Assembly (NCBI GenBank): GCA_048884785.1
Contig: JBHLQM010000084.1
Location: 1 to 10,589 of the forward strand
Direction of reading: 5' to 3'
Source of the DNA: Candidatus Thorarchaeota archaeon
GTDB lineage: Archaea > Asgardarchaeota > Thorarchaeia > Thorarchaeales > Thorarchaeaceae
DNA: 10,589 nucleotides
Under the pieces are notes generated by a model. It was not told the origin of the DNA and made no database searches. It was given only the letters and a program-made list of their open reading frames with translations. The first letter of the stretch is position 1, and the number at the start of each line of letters is the position of its first letter. The position numbers and the translations under genes were made by a program. Positions 7,401 through 10,589 of this stretch are shown piece after piece.

Positions 7401-7910
7401 GAGAGGAATATCAATCTTGAACCAGGAAAGCCAAAGATGATTCCGGTACCCTTCAGAGTGCCTCTAGGTGCAGAAATGAGTACTGCTCATTTGAAGGCAG
7501 TGCTCATGTGTGGCTCTCAATCCTGTGAAAACAGCCAGCGCTTTAAGGTAAAAGCAATAGAAAAACCGTTCTTCAATGTTGGATTTTCCATAAGGAATGA
7601 AGCAGGTGAAGAAATACCCGGACTTGTTGCCAGACTTACTCCTGTAGAGATTATTGTGGATATAGAGAGTGCAAGAGAAGATTTGCAGGACCTTGGGATC
7701 AATGTGAGAGTTATATCAAGACGCGACATAATCAAGGAGTTTGATATCCCACTTTCCAATCAAAAGAAGAATACAGTTTCTATGAAATGGCTTACACCCC
7801 CTATTGATGTTGTGACCGGCTATTTTCTAGATGCTGAAATTTCACAACATGGACGCCCTCTCCCGCATCGTGCAGTTGAGATGGTGAAAAAACAATTCAC
7901 TGTCTATTAG
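4485..7910 (+). CDS. Glutamate--cysteine ligase family 2 (GCS2/YbdK-like carboxylate-amine ligase) fused to ~6 beta-sandwich (Ig-like) domains
   Basis: N-terminal motifs in canonical order: GVEIELQV, GHD...ILEVATPPC, STGLNP, FGEHHHI, PHLIALSVNSPF, SIR, YGTIELRVFDTQ. From nt ~5913 the sequence is all beta-strand patterned. Start is placed at ATG 4485 because AGGTG (4474-4478) is suitably spaced as an RBS; the ORF track starts at GTG 4476. Confidence 0.85.
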   Translation: MSSFSNASEMQLPFPHGVEIELQVIRKDGTWIRGEDVLEIFDKIVSSAKGLLDKKIRTSSVETVRQKYEQSSQTEEGERGSRIVATYKDPAGNPKEYTLLGHDPNVVSLTWILEVATPPCTTLEELAWWIQTLIAITYESLPKDSQAILISTGLNPTQEYLRNLSFGEHHHILSEDVDETIKIAVYNMIRNFIPHLIALSVNSPFESKKPSDEISIDEDGIVRAPRCKRSIRLFRNTTQMGPTNEFEFIPHIRVADKDAFAKHVNRSYSRMVDCYPFTDYGTIELRVFDTQLSIPRRMGLALILQALALKAKRMIENGEAIPDVGAKSLSANRASAVAAGLWGPFRPGEGSDEYHTVYNHQVSDGGSVDTAKRNRFLGDAVISMLYLIRDELDELKVVENPFMQALLVSVFGSEYTNPRTTEADFQLDVYAKSDYNMVVLLKRLAEVTRECSTNWLYDPIEGTPHLPTWLCWWKGLEPEIVIDTDRTFAGQEAEFSILIRNSTGRNLDNLTVKYSVEDSLRNTIDNNLLAIDSIETGEIHVSRVAFPTRKDTSAYNIIMEVGFAGRQINLTNTINMYWMSASVRPGTTTQFADGKTPVLFNGEIETNYASDSLVNCQINILAPNLERIIVGTAEMLRVDAGEITTFDSSFFPSLIIPPDIAEGVERCVLQIRLMNEEGTEIAESTSKPFYVGFVKRGPQIIFESDLKSSYTPGELVVGHIVVSDRNNTIGPSARMMVDYYSESGKTTDIETFQYEEFMKGSATFQWRIPRADVMPQIERVGVIRVRVIERGNVITSIESDRFSIDQVTTRVNLDSMRVPQRSHIGGKISGWLRIRRNTEQGDPAFLTLSFVFPDDEEHVVLRQAVKQSKNLSLAFGPLTIPASKRSTSPKSVKLVAVLSYVGLEMDRRSTTIDLVGGPSADFARIDFIGLPSFTVPDQMLQVTIQVESGLRETIDCVLSVGLESIAGNSILFERNINLEPGKPKMIPVPFRVPLGAEMSTAHLKAVLMCGSQSCENSQRFKVKAIEKPFFNVGFSIRNEAGEEIPGLVARLTPVEIIVDIESAREDLQDLGINVRVISRRDIIKEFDIPLSNQKKNTVSMKWLTPPIDVVTGYFLDAEISQHGRPLPHRAVEMVKKQFTVY

Positions 7911-7926
7911 TTATTCATAGAATTCT

Positions 7927-8193
7927 ACACTCATAAAACACTCATAATCCTCTATTTTTAAAAAAAGAACAACATAGAACCGATTATAAAGGATAGAAAC
8001 ATTACGACCATTGTCGATTTGAACTTCACGGTTTTGTCATTCGACTATTGCCGTAGTGCAGATAAAAAACGTTATATTGGCAAATAAATGTCGATGTGCT
8101 GTTATACCTAAGGCAAAGCTATAAATGCAACATTTTTACCGAAATGTGGTAATCGGACACGATAATTAGTTCCTGATATATGCTCATAAAACA
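7927..8193. repeat. Short direct repeats in the AT-rich intergenic region
   Basis: ACACTCATAA at 7927-7936 and 7938-7947; CTCATAAAACA at 7930-7940 and 8183-8193; imperfect GTTATA..GGCAAA..TAAATG at 8071-8090 and 8101-8127. Confidence 0.45.
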
Positions 8194-8260
8194 TTCGAAA
8201 TGATTTGCTAAAATATAACCAAATCTTGAGACATAACGATAATTTATGGATGTGGGATGA

Positions 8261-9187
8261 ATGTTTGAGATACTAGCATATCCGGCAGTTTCCGGATTAT
8301 TGGTGATGGGCGTTGTTGGAGCCTTGGCTTATAAGGCTCATTTTGTTGACATATCAGGTCTAATCAGTGCCTTCATTGTAGGATTTACAATCTGGTACAC
8401 TGGAGGAGTTTCAGCTTTTGTGATCATTCTGTTTTTCTTTCTGAGCGCGGGAGTTGCTACTAAATACAAGTACAAGGTAAAGATTCAGAAGAACGTTGCC
8501 CAAGAAGGTAAGGGCAAGAGATCGTGGAAAAATGTGTTTGGTAGCGGTCTCATTCCGATGATGTTCTCGGTTGCTGTATACCTCACTAGACTTTCTCCTG
8601 ATTTGGCAGCCGCAGGTTGGCCATTCTTTCTATTTGGAGGATACGTAGGTGCAGTGGCAACAACATCTGCAGATACTCTAGCTAGTGAGCTTGGCGTCTT
8701 TAGTAGGAGCAAACCAAGACTTATAACAAATCTTCGACGAAAAGTCCCCAGTGGCACAATTGGGGCGGTATCACTCCTAGGAGAAGCCGCGGCTCTTCTA
8801 GCTGGACTTTCAGTCGGCCTTATTGCTATCTTCTTTGCAGTATTTACCCCTGGATGGGTACCTGCTGTGACAACCACTGAGCATGTGATCTTCCTTGTTC
8901 CTTTGGCTGTCTTAACTGCATTCATTGGATGTAATGTTGATAGTTTCCTTGGTGCATCTTTTCAGAATAGATTCGTATGTGAAATCTGCGGAGCTGTTAC
9001 TGACAAGGATTTCCACTGCGATTACGAAACAAAATATGTTGGAGGCTTCAAGAGCTTTACAAACATGCATGTGAATTTTGGCTCATCAGGAATGGGGGCA
9101 ACACTTGGTGTCCTTCTCGGGGCGGGTTTGTTTGTATGGATACTCGGCGGTCTATTCTTCTGGATTGCAGCATCATCTAGTAGCTAA
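8261..9187 (+). CDS. DUF92/TMEM19 family integral membrane protein
   Basis: Multiple TM helices and the family pattern SGLISAFIVG, FFLSAGVATKYKYKVK, RSWKNVFGSG, SADTLASELG, PRLITNLRRKVPSGTIGAVSLLG, VDSFLGASFQ, FTNMHVNF. Confidence 0.9.
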   Translation: MFEILAYPAVSGLLVMGVVGALAYKAHFVDISGLISAFIVGFTIWYTGGVSAFVIILFFFLSAGVATKYKYKVKIQKNVAQEGKGKRSWKNVFGSGLIPMMFSVAVYLTRLSPDLAAAGWPFFLFGGYVGAVATTSADTLASELGVFSRSKPRLITNLRRKVPSGTIGAVSLLGEAAALLAGLSVGLIAIFFAVFTPGWVPAVTTTEHVIFLVPLAVLTAFIGCNVDSFLGASFQNRFVCEICGAVTDKDFHCDYETKYVGGFKSFTNMHVNFGSSGMGATLGVLLGAGLFVWILGGLFFWIAASSSS

Positions 9188-10530
9188 GTCTTTCCGGTTT
9201 TATCCTCCTCGAATTCTATCCCATATTCAAACGCTTTCTTGATTGTTGAACCATCGATAATCCTTTTCATAAAGCCCGCAACAAACCAACGTGTCAGTTC
9301 AGTAGACTTGCTGCTGCTTTGAACCGACACTTCTTGCTCTTCCACCATATTTAGCTTGTAGATATTCTTCGTTTCTTTGATAATAATCGCTGCATCTGAA
9401 ATTTCCCGGATCTTCTGTATTGGTTTAGGAGTCATAGTGCGACTAAGATGACGCCAGACCTGATTTGAGAGAATGAGTGTATCAACCTGAACAAGAACAG
9501 GTTTCAACCAATCAAGACCCATCTCCCAAAACGGGACAGAACATCTATACACAAGTGGAATTCCATGAGCTTTTGCATATGCAGCGATTGATGCAGCAAC
9601 TTCTACAAACAACTCACCAATGTACACGGCTTTCGCCTTTTCCACTATACTCCAAGGAACCTGAGAGGGAGAGTTAATTGAAAGAGACGTGATTGGGCCT
9701 ATCCCAACAAGCATCCGGGACTTGTTGTTTTCTGAAATAATAATTGACTCGTTTGTAGACTTACCATCCTCGACGACGATGTTTGTGACATCGACATCTC
9801 CTTGAATCAGCTGAGTAATGACTTCCCAACCTTCAAGGTCGTTTCCTACGGATGACACTAAAGATGTGTCAATACCTTCTCCTGCCAAAGCTATTGCAAG
9901 CTCAATTGTAGACCCACCTGGCGACCGAACGGGAGAACTACAACTAGCGAGTCCACCAATGGGTGGAATCTTGGCGCATTCTATTCTGGTATTGTATGCA
10001 GACGCACCAAAGACAACTATGTCAGGTTGTGAATATTTGGAGGAGTCTTCAAGTATTGCCTTTGCACGAGTACGTGCGAAAATTTCAAACAACCTAGATT
10101 CTGGAATACTAAGATCTTTGTAGAGAGTTGTTAGTCGGATCAGATAATCCTCTAATAGAAATGCAGTGAGCTCTTCAATATCTGAGGGCAAGCCTTCAGA
10201 ATAGAACCGAGCAAATCCCCATCCGCTCTTTGTAAGCTCATGATAGACAACACGCTTCCCATTATGAATAGTTGATGCAGTCGTGATTAGACCAAATCGA
10301 CTGAGTATTTTAAGGTACGAGAGAATACTCTTGTTTGAATGCCGGAGATTCTCAATGAGATCCCGTTGCAATACACGACCATCTTCACGAAAGCTTGAGA
10401 GCACGCTACGAGTGATTCGCGATGCCATAACAGTACGGATGAATTCATCTCTGACCTCGTTGTCTGATGGAAGAAAGAGCAGATAGGGCCAGAGAGGTTC
10501 AATTGGATTTACTTCGACCATTCCCAACAT
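9184..10530 (-). CDS. Winged-HTH domain fused to a degenerate PfkB/ribokinase-family domain (probable transcriptional regulator)
   Basis: N-terminal wHTH pattern (VLQRDLIENLRHSNKSILSYLKILSRFGLI...GKRVVYHELTKSGW), a helical linker, then the PfkB scaffold DIVVFG, SPGGS, LAIALAGEG, VSSVGNDLEG, DVDVTNI, FVAGF. The start could be 10536 (TTG), 10530 or 10521 (ATG). Its stop overlaps the DUF92 stop by 4 bp (9184-9187). Confidence 0.85.
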   Translation of the reverse strand: MLGMVEVNPIEPLWPYLLFLPSDNEVRDEFIRTVMASRITRSVLSSFREDGRVLQRDLIENLRHSNKSILSYLKILSRFGLITTASTIHNGKRVVYHELTKSGWGFARFYSEGLPSDIEELTAFLLEDYLIRLTTLYKDLSIPESRLFEIFARTRAKAILEDSSKYSQPDIVVFGASAYNTRIECAKIPPIGGLASCSSPVRSPGGSTIELAIALAGEGIDTSLVSSVGNDLEGWEVITQLIQGDVDVTNIVVEDGKSTNESIIISENNKSRMLVGIGPITSLSINSPSQVPWSIVEKAKAVYIGELFVEVAASIAAYAKAHGIPLVYRCSVPFWEMGLDWLKPVLVQVDTLILSNQVWRHLSRTMTPKPIQKIREISDAAIIIKETKNIYKLNMVEEQEVSVQSSSKSTELTRWFVAGFMKRIIDGSTIKKAFEYGIEFEEDKTGKT

Positions 10531-10589
10531 CTTCAAATATCGGTTTACTACGCTCTACAAGTGTACAATCGTACCTATGTAGTTTACTG

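Noticed and set aside
4485-7910. Naming the ligase gshA/ybdK, or calling the Ig tail an S-layer/secreted adhesin or a true arrestin
   Set aside because: The architecture and active-site changes do not support orthology. There is no signal peptide or anchor, and the arrestin-N-like string SYTPGELVVGHIVV is a generic first-strand pattern shared by many Ig-like folds.
7927-8193. CRISPR array, MITE or replication origin in the AT-rich spacer
   Set aside because: Repeats are only 10-11 bp and irregularly spaced; no terminal inverted repeats, no G-string ORB-like boxes, and no cas, transposase or cdc6 gene in the window.
9184-10050. Calling the PfkB-domain protein an active ribokinase (rbsK)
   Set aside because: The GAGD and NxxE catalytic motifs are absent.
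1176-10502. Remaining short ORFs of the track nested in or antisense to the long genes (e.g. 1176-1493, 2112-2366, 4550-4846, 8485-8925, 9818-10123)
   Set aside because: Overlapped by well-supported CDSs, with no motifs of their own; typical shadow ORFs.

Overview
Archaeal-looking chromosomal window (GGAGTG/AGGTG ribosome-binding sites, BRE/TATA-like promoters). An Asgard/Thorarchaeia origin is a guess, not shown. Left part: the 5' part of a DppC/OppC-type permease on the minus strand (missed by the ORF track because the window edge truncates it), a small two-TM acidic-tailed protein, and the divergent DppD/DppF peptide-ABC ATPase pair. Centre: an unknown 146-aa helical protein, then a tightly coupled two-gene unit. 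It encodes a 223-aa protein resembling a degenerate N-formylglutamate amidohydrolase (FGase) fold and a ~1140-aa protein in which a GCS2/YbdK-type carboxylate-amine ligase is fused to about six tandem beta-sandwich (Ig-like) modules with no signal peptide. This unit is the best candidate for an undescribed system, possibly a cytoplasmic glutamylation or peptide-tagging machine. Right part: a 350-bp AT-rich intergenic region with short repeats, a DUF92/TMEM19 membrane protein with a Cys/His zinc-ribbon-like insert, and a convergent winged-HTH plus PfkB fusion whose kinase motifs are lost (probable ligand-sensing regulator). No rRNA, tRNA, CRISPR array or transposase was seen. All domain calls are by-eye motif recognition, not database results.
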